Below the pieces are notes generated by a model. It was not told the origin of the DNA, made no database searches, and was given only the letters and a program-made list of their open reading frames with translations. A program made the position numbers and the translations under genes. Below are positions 17,957-27,830 of a stretch of DNA of 40,032 bases, in pieces. The DNA comes from Candidatus Bathyarchaeum sp. (GTDB lineage: Archaea; Thermoproteota; Bathyarchaeia; Bathyarchaeales; Bathyarchaeaceae). Each line of letters starts with the position of its first letter. Position 1 is the stretch's first letter. The DNA is taken from assembly GCA_026014495.1 (NCBI GenBank), contig JAOZIF010000067.1, forward strand, positions 1 to 40,032, given 5' to 3'.

Positions 17957-18661
17957 ATGGACAAACCCTATTTCCGACAACTATTCGAGCCACAACTAAA
18001 AGACCCAATATTGATAGAGGGGCTCACAGGTTTAGGAAACATAGGAATGATTGCGGCAAGACACCTCATAGAATCCACTGACGCAAAAGTCTTTGCCGAA
18101 TTATATACGCCATACTTTCCAGACTATGTAGTCGTGAAAAAGGATGGAACATGCCGTCCACCACGTTACCAATTCTACGCAGCTAAAACCGAAAAAAATC
18201 ACTACATCATATTAACTGGCGACTCACAGCCCACCATGGAAGACACACTAGCACACTACGATATATGCGACGAAATACTGGATTTCGCACAAAAACATGG
18301 AACCAAATTCGTAGTCACCATGGGCGGAGTAGCCACAACAAACACAGAAAACGAAATTTACATATCAGCTACATCCGCAAAACTCGCCCAAAAACACATA
18401 GACAAAGGAATCCTAATTTACGGAGACGGAAAAATAATTGGCTCAACAGGACTACTGTTAGGGCTTGCAAAAAGGCGCGGATGGAAAGGCATCTGCTTAT
18501 TAGGGGCAACCACAGGTTTCGGAGACGAGAGAGCAGTAGCTCTTTCACTGTTTAAAGTGCTGACAAGTATACTTGACCCAGACACAAAAAATGAAACTGA
18601 AAACACACAAAAACCAGAACAGGCAATAAAAAACGAGAAAACAACCGCAAAGAAGTGTTAA
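17957..18661 (+). CDS. PAC2-family proteasome assembly chaperone-like protein
   Basis: LIEGLTGLGNIGMIAARHL, ILTGDSQP, VVTMGG, IIGSTGLLLGLAKRRGWKGICLLGAT. Confidence 0.88.
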   Translation: MDKPYFRQLFEPQLKDPILIEGLTGLGNIGMIAARHLIESTDAKVFAELYTPYFPDYVVVKKDGTCRPPRYQFYAAKTEKNHYIILTGDSQPTMEDTLAHYDICDEILDFAQKHGTKFVVTMGGVATTNTENEIYISATSAKLAQKHIDKGILIYGDGKIIGSTGLLLGLAKRRGWKGICLLGATTGFGDERAVALSLFKVLTSILDPDTKNETENTQKPEQAIKNEKTTAKKC

Positions 18662-18679
18662 ACTCTTCCGAGCGTAGCA

Positions 18680-20134
18680 CTATTTTTTTAGTGACTCCAA
18701 TTTCTCATGAATAAGCTGGTTAGCTAGCTGTGGATCAGCTTTGCCCTTTGTTGCCCGCATTAGTTGCCCCACAAGAAAATGAACCGCATTTTCGTCCGCT
18801 AGTGCGTCTTCTACACAGCTTGGATGTTCACTGAAAACTTGCTCCACAATACCCTCAAGGGCATCTCTGGAGGATATTTTCACTAAACCCTTTTCTTTGA
18901 TAATAAGAGAGGGCTGCTTTCCAGTTAGAACCATTTCAGGCAGAACCCGTTTGCCGATTTTACCGCTTATAACGCCTTCCTCTATTAACTTGATCATTTC
19001 AACCAGATGCTCAGGAGTAATCTTGCAGTCAGTGAGCACAAGGTTATTTTCATTCAGATTACGCAGAAGGTCGCCCATCATCCAGTTACTGACCTCCTTT
19101 GGTTTGTCATAAAGCTTCACTGTACACTCAAAAAAGTCTGCTAAAGCTTTGTCGCTAACCAAAACTTCAGCGTCATACTGTGGCAGACCATAGGCATCAA
19201 CAAAACGGCTGATTCTAGCTTCAGGCAGCTCAGGCATTTTCTCTTTGACGTTTTCGACAAAATCTTCTGTGATTGTTATTGGAACAAGGTCGGGTTCAGG
19301 AAAATAACGGTAATCGTGCTCTTTCTCTTTCATACGCAACGAGATGGTCACTCTGCGGGATTCATCCCAGTGTCTCGTTTCGTGTTTAACAGAGAGACCT
19401 TTTTTAACCAAGTTTTTTTGGCGCATAATCTCGAAGCTTAAAGCACGTTCCACCTCTTTGAATGATGAAATGTTCTTCACTTCCACCCGAGTTCCGCCAG
19501 TAAGAGAAATGTTAGCGTCACATCGTATTGAGCCTTCTAATCTGCCAGCAAAGATTCCCAAATGCTCCAAGATTGAACGCAGTTTTTGGAGAAAAATTCT
19601 TGCCTCCTTGGGAGAATCAAGGTCGGGTTCGGTGACGATTTCCAGAAGGGCAATTCCTGAACGGTTATAGTCAACTAAAGTGTAAGGAGAAGTGTCTATG
19701 GCGCCCTGATGAACAAGTCGTCCAGGGTCCTCTTCAAGATGAACTCTGCCAATTCGGACCTTCTTCCTTTTTGTGCCAACATCAATAACAAGAAATCCGC
19801 CCACAGCAAGTGGAACTCCTCCAGCTTGGTCGTACTGTGAAATCTGGAAGTTTTTGGGCATGTCTGGGTAGTAGTAATTTTTTCTGAAAAAGAACATGCA
19901 CTCGGAAACTTTGCTGTTTAGCGCTAAAGCAACCATAACAGCATAATCCACTGAATTCGCGTTAAGGACTGGAAGTGCTCCAGGTATCCCAAGACAAACA
20001 GGGCACACCAAAGAGTTGGGGTCTTTGCCCTTATAGTCTGAGGAACAGCCACAAAATAGCTTAGTTTTTAGGCTGGTTAGTTGGACGTGAACTTCTAGAC
20101 CTATGCGAACTTCGTTTTGGTTTTTGGTGGACAT
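18680..20134 (-). CDS. gatB: Asp/Glu-tRNA amidotransferase subunit B
   Basis: IGLEVHVQL, FFRKNYYYPDMPKNFQISQ, HLEEDPG, VEVKN, YRYFPEPDL; Yqey-like tail with GQLMRATKGKADP. Start refined to MSTK at 20134. Confidence 0.98.
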   Translation of the reverse strand: MSTKNQNEVRIGLEVHVQLTSLKTKLFCGCSSDYKGKDPNSLVCPVCLGIPGALPVLNANSVDYAVMVALALNSKVSECMFFFRKNYYYPDMPKNFQISQYDQAGGVPLAVGGFLVIDVGTKRKKVRIGRVHLEEDPGRLVHQGAIDTSPYTLVDYNRSGIALLEIVTEPDLDSPKEARIFLQKLRSILEHLGIFAGRLEGSIRCDANISLTGGTRVEVKNISSFKEVERALSFEIMRQKNLVKKGLSVKHETRHWDESRRVTISLRMKEKEHDYRYFPEPDLVPITITEDFVENVKEKMPELPEARISRFVDAYGLPQYDAEVLVSDKALADFFECTVKLYDKPKEVSNWMMGDLLRNLNENNLVLTDCKITPEHLVEMIKLIEEGVISGKIGKRVLPEMVLTGKQPSLIIKEKGLVKISSRDALEGIVEQVFSEHPSCVEDALADENAVHFLVGQLMRATKGKADPQLANQLIHEKLESLKK

Positions 20135-20276
20135 CTCTGTTACGTTATTTTTGTCTGTTGAATTTAGATGTTTTGCATTGACCATTTTTCAAAACAACAA
20201 TTTAAGGCACAAGACTCTTGCTCAAGCACATGAAAAGTGCGAAATAGTTAAATTTGCAGTTATCCACCGTGCACCT

Positions 20277-21434
20277 ATGCCTAGAATATGCCTAGTAACT
20301 CACTTTTTTCCGCCCCACATGGGAGGCATAGAAAAGGTAGCCTATGAACAGTGCAAACGGTTAACCGATGCAGGCTACGAGATAGATGTTTTAACAAGCA
20401 AAGTAAAAGGACAACAAAAGCACCCTGCAAAAGGAATTCGAGTTTTTGCATATCCAAGCCTAAAGATTGCCGAAAGATTTGGAGTACCTTACCCAATTCT
20501 TACAGTGCAAGCCTACAAACAGTTTGCACAAGTCATAAAGAATTGCGACTTAGTTCATGCCCACGGTCACGTTTACATGTCATCATACCTTGCGGGCAAG
20601 CTCGCCAAGAAATACAAAAAGCCATTCATAGTAACCCAGCACAACACGTGGATAGACTACAAGTCATGGCTAAACACAATGGAAAACATAAATGACTTGA
20701 CCATAGGCAAATCTGTTCTGAAAAGCGCGGACCGCATACTAACAGTTAGCAATGAAACAAAAAAATATGTTCTAAGATTAGGCGCAGACAAAACAAAAAC
20801 GTCAGTAATGTACAACGGTGTGGACACAAAATTTTTCTGTGCAGCAAACAGAACAGAAAGCAGACAAAAGCTTGGGCTGCCCAAAAAACGAAAAATAGTT
20901 TTCAGTGCAAGAAGGCTAGTTTACAAAAATGGGTTAGACACCTTGATAGAATCGGCTCACATTGTTGCAAAAGATAAACATGATGTGCTGTTTGTTGTCG
21001 CAGGAAAAGGTCCAAGCAGAAAACTTATTGAAGATAGAATAAAAGAGCTTGGAATAGCAAACAGCATTATGTTAGCAGGATTCGTTCCAGACGAACTGCT
21101 ATCAACATACTACAACGCTGCCGACTACTTTGTTTTACCTTCTGCATCAGGAGAAGGACTGCCCCTCGTTCTTTTTGAAGCCATGTCATGCGGATTGCCA
21201 GTTGTCGCGACACGGGTTGGAGGAACACCAGAAATAGTTACGCACATGAAAAACGGGGTTCTTGTGCCCGCCAGAAATCCAAGGGCAATGGCAGAGGCGC
21301 TGTCTAAGTTGTTAGAGAAAGAGGGGCTAGGAAAAGAAATTGGCGAAGCAGCAAAACAAAGTATCCAAAACAAGTTAAGTTGGGAAGAAAATGTTCGTCA
21401 ACTAAAAGAAGTGTACAACCAATTTCTTGCGTAG
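20277..21434 (+). CDS. GT4-family glycosyltransferase
   Basis: FFPPHMGGIEK, VHAH, VMYNGVD, FVLPSASGEGLPLVLFEAMSCGLPVVATRVGGTPE. Start refined to MPRI at 20277. Confidence 0.93.
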   Translation: MPRICLVTHFFPPHMGGIEKVAYEQCKRLTDAGYEIDVLTSKVKGQQKHPAKGIRVFAYPSLKIAERFGVPYPILTVQAYKQFAQVIKNCDLVHAHGHVYMSSYLAGKLAKKYKKPFIVTQHNTWIDYKSWLNTMENINDLTIGKSVLKSADRILTVSNETKKYVLRLGADKTKTSVMYNGVDTKFFCAANRTESRQKLGLPKKRKIVFSARRLVYKNGLDTLIESAHIVAKDKHDVLFVVAGKGPSRKLIEDRIKELGIANSIMLAGFVPDELLSTYYNAADYFVLPSASGEGLPLVLFEAMSCGLPVVATRVGGTPEIVTHMKNGVLVPARNPRAMAEALSKLLEKEGLGKEIGEAAKQSIQNKLSWEENVRQLKEVYNQFLA

Positions 21435-21618
21435 AGAACTAAAACGAATTTAGCATCTGGACTTTTCTTAAGGAATAGGTTTTTTACAGTTTTTTTGAGA
21501 TATGCCACAAAAAGATGCTTCAGAATTCTTTTATTGGGACAAGCCTAAATGTAAGTTTAACTCGTAGAGGCTTATACTATGAAAAGAAGGGTTTGCCGTT
21601 TTCAGGGGATGGTGTAAG

Positions 21619-22209
21619 TTGAAGACACACCAAAGCAAGTTTATGGAAAAGAGAATTAAGAAAACTTCGCAGGGTACAGAGTCTACGTCAGGTGACAATG
21701 AAGAAAAAACAATAATTCTCACGATTTTGGTATCAATTGTAATTATAGGTGCACTCTTAGTAAATCTGATATTTTTTACGCCCGCAACCACAGAACCGTT
21801 TTCTGCGATATATGTTCTTGATTCAGAAAAACAGACAGCTAACTTGCCAAAAACGGTGGTTTTGGGTGAGAACAGCACTTTCATGTTATGGGTTGGCGTG
21901 GAAAACCAAAATGACACAACAATGAAGTACCAAGTGCAGGTTAAGATGGATGATGGAAATGGGCAACTGAATCAAAGTTTAGCAGAGCTAATTCAAAGCT
22001 TTGAGAACACACTCTTAGATGAAGAAGTTTGGGAGTTCAATGTAACAATAAACATTGACCAGTTGGGAAATAATAGGATAATATTTGAACTAATGACATT
22101 CAATAACACAATAAACGATTGGCAATACACAGGAAACTGGGTTAACATTTCAGTTGAAGCAACCCAAGCAACTTCAATAAATGCAAATGAACAACAGAAA
22201 GGTACATGA
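21619..22209 (+). CDS. DUF1616-like membrane-anchored protein
   Basis: One TM helix, then EPFSAIYVL...NLPKTVVLGE...VGVEN; this family is often found at archaeal glycosylation loci. Confidence 0.7.
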   Translation: MKTHQSKFMEKRIKKTSQGTESTSGDNEEKTIILTILVSIVIIGALLVNLIFFTPATTEPFSAIYVLDSEKQTANLPKTVVLGENSTFMLWVGVENQNDTTMKYQVQVKMDDGNGQLNQSLAELIQSFENTLLDEEVWEFNVTINIDQLGNNRIIFELMTFNNTINDWQYTGNWVNISVEATQATSINANEQQKGT

Positions 22210-22325
22210 AACACTGTTTTTTGGACAATGTGACCCCCCTTTCTGATGTAGAATAGGTTGAGTTCATTGGAAAGATTAACTAATGAGTTGCCCCTTAGAT
22301 TCCAGTCATTAATTGAGGAATTGCC

Positions 22326-23264
22326 TTGAAAACATTCAATGATAAAGAAGTTGTTGTTACTGGCGGCGCTGGCTTCATAGGCTCTAACCTGTGTAGAACT
22401 CTCTTAGAGCAAGGCGCCAAAGTAACTGCATACGACAACTTGTATTCAGGAAAAATGCATTTCATAAAAGACCTCATAGACAAAGGTCTTAACTTTGTAC
22501 AAGAAGACATCAGAGACCCAGTGGCGCTAGAAAAAGCAACAAAAAACTGTGAAGTTATTTTTCATCTAGCAGCACAAACAAGTGTTCCATTTTCTATGGA
22601 AAATCCCCAAGAAGACTGCGAAATTAACGTTGTTGGAACAGTAAATGTGCTTGAAGCTGCAAAAAAAGCTGGGGCTAGAGTGCTTTTTGCTTCTTCATGT
22701 GCAGTTTATGGCAACCCAGAGCAAAGACCGACACCTGAAACGTATCCGACAAAACCTATTGCATTTTATGGGTTAACAAAGTTGCTTGGCGAGAACTACT
22801 GTCGGTTTTACCAAGAACATTACGGTTTAGAGATTGTTATGTTCCGCATATTCAACGTTTATGGTCCAGACTGTCATGGAGCCATATACGATTTTCTCAA
22901 CAAATTACGAAAGACACCCGACAAACTTGAGATTTTAGGCACAGGAAAACAATCTAGAGACTTTGTTTACATATCAGACATGGTAAACATCTTACTAAAA
23001 GCCGCAATTTCTCCTGCAGCTCCAGGACAGGTCTTTAATGTGGGCACTGGAACCACAACATCCGTGGCAGAGTTAGGAAAAATGATTATTGAGATTCTTG
23101 GACTTGAGAATGTAAAAATTTCTTTCACAGGTGGACAAGCATGGGAAGGAGACATGGATATAACCCTCGCAGACAACAGAAAAGCAGTAAATACGCTACA
23201 GTGGAAACCTCAAGTTAGTTTAAAGGAAGGACTGAAAAAATTAATAAGCTCAGGAAAATACTAG
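22326..23264 (+). CDS. NAD-dependent NDP-sugar epimerase/dehydratase (extended SDR)
   Basis: VTGGAGFIGS, FHLAA, FASSCAVYG, YGLTK (YxxxK), RIFNVYGP, RDFVYISD. Confidence 0.95.
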   Translation: MKTFNDKEVVVTGGAGFIGSNLCRTLLEQGAKVTAYDNLYSGKMHFIKDLIDKGLNFVQEDIRDPVALEKATKNCEVIFHLAAQTSVPFSMENPQEDCEINVVGTVNVLEAAKKAGARVLFASSCAVYGNPEQRPTPETYPTKPIAFYGLTKLLGENYCRFYQEHYGLEIVMFRIFNVYGPDCHGAIYDFLNKLRKTPDKLEILGTGKQSRDFVYISDMVNILLKAAISPAAPGQVFNVGTGTTTSVAELGKMIIEILGLENVKISFTGGQAWEGDMDITLADNRKAVNTLQWKPQVSLKEGLKKLISSGKY

Positions 23265-23275
23265 GCTCGATTTAA

Positions 23276-24142
23276 ATGGCGTCGCTTAAAAAAAGGCTAA
23301 AAGCCGTTATTATGCTGATTCGACCGCCATATTGGCTCATGACTGGTGGTCTCTCAGTTTTAACAATAATTACTTTGAGAAGAGGCATGCTAGAAGCTTC
23401 TGACGCTATGTCATTAGCGTTAGTAGTTTTATCTGCAATTTGCATTAGCTCTGGCGGTTTTGCTTTCAACGATTACATTGACCAAGAATCAGACGCCATA
23501 GTAAAAAAGAACAGACCAATCCCTTCACAAACATTAGCACCATGGGAAGCCCTTGTTACAGCGGTAATCCTTTTCACAATTGGACTTGCAGCATCCATAA
23601 CAATCAACTGGTTATGTTTTGCAATTGCCCTCATGGACATGATTCTTCTTGTTGCTTATTCCAAAGTTATAAAGAAACATGCTGGCTTTTTAGGAAGCTT
23701 TCTTATGGGCCTGCTCATAGGAACATCATTTGTTTATGGCGAAGCAGCCATCTATGGAACAATAACAATCACATCATTCTCGTTATCGTTCATGAGCATG
23801 GGCAGCATCGGCGGAAACGTACTACGAGACGTACTAAGTTTAGAAGGAGACAAAAAGGCAGGCTACACAACTTTGGCAGCTAAAAGAGGCACAGAATTTG
23901 CTACTAAAATTGGAGCAATTTTCTTTTTACTCAACGTATTGGGTTCGCCCATTCCTTACTTGGTAGATGCAGTTAGTTATGCATACCTGATTCCAATAGT
24001 TATTTGGGACATAATTTTGGTTGTTTCAGGAGTGTCCCTGCTAAAAAACCAAAATATTGAAGCCGTAAAGAAACATGAAAGATTAGTGACCAGAACAATG
24101 ATACTAATACCAATTGCATTAATCGCGGGGGCTTTAGCGTGA
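23276..24142 (+). CDS. UbiA-family prenyltransferase, DGGGP-synthase-like
   Basis: LIRPPYW, FNDYIDQESDAIVKKNRPIPS, YSKVIKK..GFLGS, second motif RDVLSLEGDKKAGYTTLA; multi-TM. Confidence 0.88.
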   Translation: MASLKKRLKAVIMLIRPPYWLMTGGLSVLTIITLRRGMLEASDAMSLALVVLSAICISSGGFAFNDYIDQESDAIVKKNRPIPSQTLAPWEALVTAVILFTIGLAASITINWLCFAIALMDMILLVAYSKVIKKHAGFLGSFLMGLLIGTSFVYGEAAIYGTITITSFSLSFMSMGSIGGNVLRDVLSLEGDKKAGYTTLAAKRGTEFATKIGAIFFLLNVLGSPIPYLVDAVSYAYLIPIVIWDIILVVSGVSLLKNQNIEAVKKHERLVTRTMILIPIALIAGALA

Positions 24143-25641
24143 AAGACGAGGAACAAAAAATTCTTAGGGAAACTTTCAGCGTTTGCCCAGTGTGCCTAAA
24201 AAAGATAAAAGCACAAGTTGTGGAAAAAGACGGAAAAGTTTTGATTATAAAAGAGTGCAAAGAACACGGAAAGGTTAACGATACTTACTGGGCTAGAGCA
24301 GACATTTACCACAGGGCAGAAGAATACAAAAAGCCCTCACCTACTCCATTTCAAGACAACTGTCCCATGGGATGTGGAGTAACAGAGTGCAAAAACCACG
24401 TGTCTACGACAGTCATGGCGGTTATCGATGTAACCAACGAGTGTGACCTAAGGTGTCCAATATGTTTTGCAAACGCATCAAAGCCACCTGACCTGTATAG
24501 ACCAAGTCTAGAAACAATTCATAACATGCTAAAGTTCTTGAAGAATCAGGACCTGCCTCCGCTAGCAGTGATGTTTGCGGGTGGAGAACCCACAGTCCGT
24601 GACGACATAGTTGAAATCGTCAAGATGGCCCATGACATGAAATTCATGATTCTTCTTGCAACAAACGGCATCAGAATGTCCAACGACCCAGAACTGGTCA
24701 GGAAACTAAAGAAAGCAGGACTAAACATAGTATACCTGCAGTTTGATGGACTCACAGATGAACCCTACGAGAAACTAAGAAATGCAAAACTGCTCCCAAA
24801 TAAACTGCGGCTTGTTGAGCTTTGCCGAAAACATGACATTGAAATAATTTTGGTTCCAACAGTGCAGGGTGGCATAAACGACAACGAAATAGGAGACATC
24901 ATCAGGTTTGCCTCAAAAAATGTGGACATAATAAGAGGAATAGTTTTCCAGCCAATGTCATTTACAGGAAGAACATCGGAGTATGCGTCTAGAAAAAACA
25001 GAATCGACAACTCGCTTCTTGCCCAACTAATCGAGGAACAAACAAGAGGCATGATCACAGAAGAGGACATGTTTCCTGTTTCAGTTATGGTTCCACCGCT
25101 TAAAGTTATGAACAGCTTCTTAGCAAAAACATGGCCCCCATTTACGCCTACACCATACTGTGGACTTTGGAACTGGATTTTAGTTTCCAAAAGAGGAAAA
25201 CACATGTTTACACCAATCAACCGTTTCTTAAAGTTTGACAAGTTCATGTCAGACCTGAAAGTCTTAAATGGGCTGATTAAAAAGAAAAAAATTAGCAAAC
25301 TCGGGATTTACTTGAGGCTGTTTCTTGCTTCGGTTGGTTCTTTAGATTGGAAGAAAGTGCAAAGAGAAGCAGGTCTTTTGAATGCAATAAAAACACTGAT
25401 TCAAATACACACAGACCCGTCATACGATTCGTTAGGGTACATCAGACGAAGAATGCTACTGATAGGAGGCATGGCATTCATGGACCCATACACGTTCGAT
25501 GTTGAACGGGCACATCATTGCGTTATTCACTACGCAACTCCAGATAACCGAATTATACCTTTCTGCGTATACAACATGTTCTACCGAAAACAAACAGAGA
25601 AAAAATTCAGCATACCACAAATTAAAGTCAAGAACAAATAG
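24139..25641 (+). CDS. tes: Tetraether synthase (Tes/GDGT-MAS, MJ0619 family) radical SAM enzyme
   Basis: N-terminal SVCPVC...ECKEHG; CPxxCG...CxxH; rSAM motif CDLRCPICF; GGEPT, TNG, YLQFDG, LVPTV..GIND, FQP.SFTGR; C-terminal MAFMDPYTFDVER..CVIHYATPD.RIIPFC. GTGA overlap with the prenyltransferase. Confidence 0.85.
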   Translation: MKDEEQKILRETFSVCPVCLKKIKAQVVEKDGKVLIIKECKEHGKVNDTYWARADIYHRAEEYKKPSPTPFQDNCPMGCGVTECKNHVSTTVMAVIDVTNECDLRCPICFANASKPPDLYRPSLETIHNMLKFLKNQDLPPLAVMFAGGEPTVRDDIVEIVKMAHDMKFMILLATNGIRMSNDPELVRKLKKAGLNIVYLQFDGLTDEPYEKLRNAKLLPNKLRLVELCRKHDIEIILVPTVQGGINDNEIGDIIRFASKNVDIIRGIVFQPMSFTGRTSEYASRKNRIDNSLLAQLIEEQTRGMITEEDMFPVSVMVPPLKVMNSFLAKTWPPFTPTPYCGLWNWILVSKRGKHMFTPINRFLKFDKFMSDLKVLNGLIKKKKISKLGIYLRLFLASVGSLDWKKVQREAGLLNAIKTLIQIHTDPSYDSLGYIRRRMLLIGGMAFMDPYTFDVERAHHCVIHYATPDNRIIPFCVYNMFYRKQTEKKFSIPQIKVKNK

Positions 25642-25662
25642 TCAGGTATATTTTGTGTAGTT

Positions 25663-25698
25663 CAGTTCTTAGTTGTTTAGGATAACAACTAGGAGCTG
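25663..25698. terminator. Long hairpin between convergent tes and oxidoreductase genes
   Basis: cagttcttagttgtt-taggat-aacaactaggagctg; about 15-bp stem with G-U pairs. Confidence 0.55.
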
Positions 25699-25734
25699 TT
25701 CTATTGTGGGTCAGGTCGTTCATTAAACATTTGG

Positions 25735-27162
25735 TTAAAGTTTGTAGTAGTGCTCAAGTAGATGATGGTAATGTTCCGGAGGCATAAGGGAACGAAAGGC
25801 GCGTTCAACAACTTCGCTTAGAGCAGGGTGAATGTGCATGCTATCAAGTAGAGGTTTGGCGGTCTGTTCGTGCGTGTACATTAAGGGTATTATTTCGTGT
25901 ATGAGAACAGATGCATATGGTCCTATGATGTGGGCTCCAAGAATTTTCGTGCTGCCATTTTCCACGATAACTTTGACAAAATAGTCTTTTGCATCCATTG
26001 CTTCTCCTTTTCCGGTATCTTCGTATCTGTAAAAACCAATCAGCACCTTGTCTGCGCCATACTTTTCTATAGCAGCTTTTTCGCCCAAACCAACTGACGC
26101 AATCTCGGGATACGTAAAAACAGCGTGGGGCACTGCATGATAATCAGCCTTCACTTTTTGTTTCAGCACAGCATTATAGTAAACAACAGCCGCTTCGTGA
26201 TTGGCTACATGCTTGAATGGATGTTTGCCATTGGCGTCTCCAAGAGCCCAAACATTAGGCTGCGAAGTCTCCAAATACTCGTTAACAACAATCCAGCCAT
26301 GACGGTCAGTTTTTATTCCAGCTTTTTCGGGATGAAGCACATCAGAAAAGGAGCTTCTTCCAGTGGCTAGCAGTATCTCGTCTGCAGTTATTTCCAGTTT
26401 TTCGTTGGTTTGTAGATTAGTGGCAACAACACTTTTCTTGCTCTGAGAAGTCAATTTTGTCTCCTGAACTTCATAGTTGGTATAGATTTTCACATACTTT
26501 CCAAGTTCGCGTTTAGCAAGAGCCGACACTTCTGGTTCTTCAGCGTCGATAAAATCGGGAAGCCTACCAACAATTGTGACCTTTGCGCCCATGGAAGAAA
26601 AAAAGTGACCATATTCTGCGGCTACGTAACCGCCACCCACAATCACAAGGCTATCCGGCAGTTCAGTCATCTTAAGAACAGAATCGCTTGTAAGGTAACC
26701 AGTTTTGTCTATACCTTTTATTGGCGGGATAAGGGGTTTTGATCCTGTACCCAGAATAATCATTTTTGCAGTGATTGTTTCTTTGCCAACCTTGAGTGTG
26801 TATGGAGCAATAAATTCTGCAGCTTCAGGGTAATAATCCAAATGTTTTGATTGAGAAAGCCCTTGGCGAATATTGTTTATGTCCTCGTAGATTTTGTGTC
26901 TCATTCTTTCCATGACTTTGATAAAATCTACCTTTTTTAGTTCATAGTCGATTCCAAACGTTTTTGCCTTGTCAATTGTTTTCACTAACTCTGCAGGATA
27001 CAAAAGAAGCTTAGAGGGAATACAGCCCCTTGTTAAACAGATGCCTCCAGGCTCATCTTTGTCGATGACTGCGACCTTCGCTTTAGGGTTCTCTTGAATC
27101 ATAGCCTCAACAATAGCAATCGCAGAACCAGAGCCTATACAAATTAAATCGTACTGCTTCAT
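25735..27162 (-). CDS. Class I pyridine nucleotide-disulfide oxidoreductase (mycothione-reductase-like branch of the dihydrolipoamide dehydrogenase family)
   Basis: IGSGS FAD loop, GGICLTRGCIPSK redox CxxxxC, GGGYVAAEYGH, ALGD, HIHPALSE. Start refined to MKQYD at 27162. Confidence 0.88.
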   Translation of the reverse strand: MKQYDLICIGSGSAIAIVEAMIQENPKAKVAVIDKDEPGGICLTRGCIPSKLLLYPAELVKTIDKAKTFGIDYELKKVDFIKVMERMRHKIYEDINNIRQGLSQSKHLDYYPEAAEFIAPYTLKVGKETITAKMIILGTGSKPLIPPIKGIDKTGYLTSDSVLKMTELPDSLVIVGGGYVAAEYGHFFSSMGAKVTIVGRLPDFIDAEEPEVSALAKRELGKYVKIYTNYEVQETKLTSQSKKSVVATNLQTNEKLEITADEILLATGRSSFSDVLHPEKAGIKTDRHGWIVVNEYLETSQPNVWALGDANGKHPFKHVANHEAAVVYYNAVLKQKVKADYHAVPHAVFTYPEIASVGLGEKAAIEKYGADKVLIGFYRYEDTGKGEAMDAKDYFVKVIVENGSTKILGAHIIGPYASVLIHEIIPLMYTHEQTAKPLLDSMHIHPALSEVVERAFRSLMPPEHYHHLLEHYYKL

Positions 27163-27254
27163 AACAAAACCTCCAGAACACAATCTAACGTAACACAGAA
27201 TCTGCTTAAATCAATTCCTTAAAGGGCACAAAAGATGCCCTTTGAAGATTCAAC

Positions 27255-27527
27255 CTAGTGTCCGTGTCCTTCGTTCTCTTCTTTTATGTGATGTGCCACG
27301 TGGATGCCTAACACAGTTGCAGAGCCTGCGGCGACGCCAAGCAATAACTCAGTAAGTAGTTCACTTTGGTAAAACAGAGCAAAAATTGCAAGCGCATCAA
27401 AGACTAGCGCTACAACCAGATACTGGTAACACCAGCCTTTCATACTTGTTCCTCCAGTAGGGTCATTGATGCCAACAAGCAGCATTAAAACAAAGAGCAC
27501 AACAAAACCAATTGCAAAGTAAATCAA
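27255..27527 (-). CDS. Small 3-TM membrane protein with a His-rich C-terminus
   Basis: GGTGA RBS before the TTG; three hydrophobic segments; tail HVAHHIKEENEGHGH. Confidence 0.75.
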   Translation of the reverse strand: MIYFAIGFVVLFVLMLLVGINDPTGGTSMKGWCYQYLVVALVFDALAIFALFYQSELLTELLLGVAAGSATVLGIHVAHHIKEENEGHGH

Positions 27528-27590
27528 ATTATTTCACCACAAGTACTCATCGTGTATAACTGTTAGAGAAACGGGTTTGACACAAAATTC

Positions 27591-27605
27591 TATATAAAGT
27601 TTCTG
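27591..27605 (-). promoter_or_regulatory. Archaeal BRE-TATA promoter for the small membrane protein and oxidoreductase
   Basis: Minus strand reads cagaaac-tttatata, about 65 nt upstream of the start codon. Confidence 0.6.
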
Positions 27606-27830
27606 TCCAAGCGCAGGTGTTACAACCGTCAACTAAAAAGAACAGATTCTGTTTTGGTACCAAGACGATTAGCAGAAGATTTTAAATGTTGCAAAACATT
27701 AAAACAGGAAAACACTCCAAGAGACATCAACTAGGATTCCCATACGGAGTATAATTAGTCTACAAAATTTGTGGGCAATAAAACTAGGATTATTGGTTAA
27801 AAAGGAAAAGGACGGAGAAATCGCAAAAGA

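Noticed and set aside
20103-20276. Long N-terminal extensions given by the ORF track for the GT4 gene and gatB (also 34320, 16110, 27183, 32531)
   Set aside because: They overlap neighbouring genes or promoters and precede the family-typical N-terminus; downstream starts with RBS or stop-start overlap fit better.
25735-27162. E3 subunit of a 2-oxoacid dehydrogenase or glycine cleavage system (lpdA)
   Set aside because: No lipoyl-domain partner genes in the window and the NAD(P)-binding motif is closer to mycothione-reductase-like proteins; no symbol assigned.
27540-27830. Cobalamin riboswitch upstream of the HemN-like-cobS-cobY operon
   Set aside because: Only a vague taaaacaggaaaac resemblance; the B12-box and conserved core helices could not be found.
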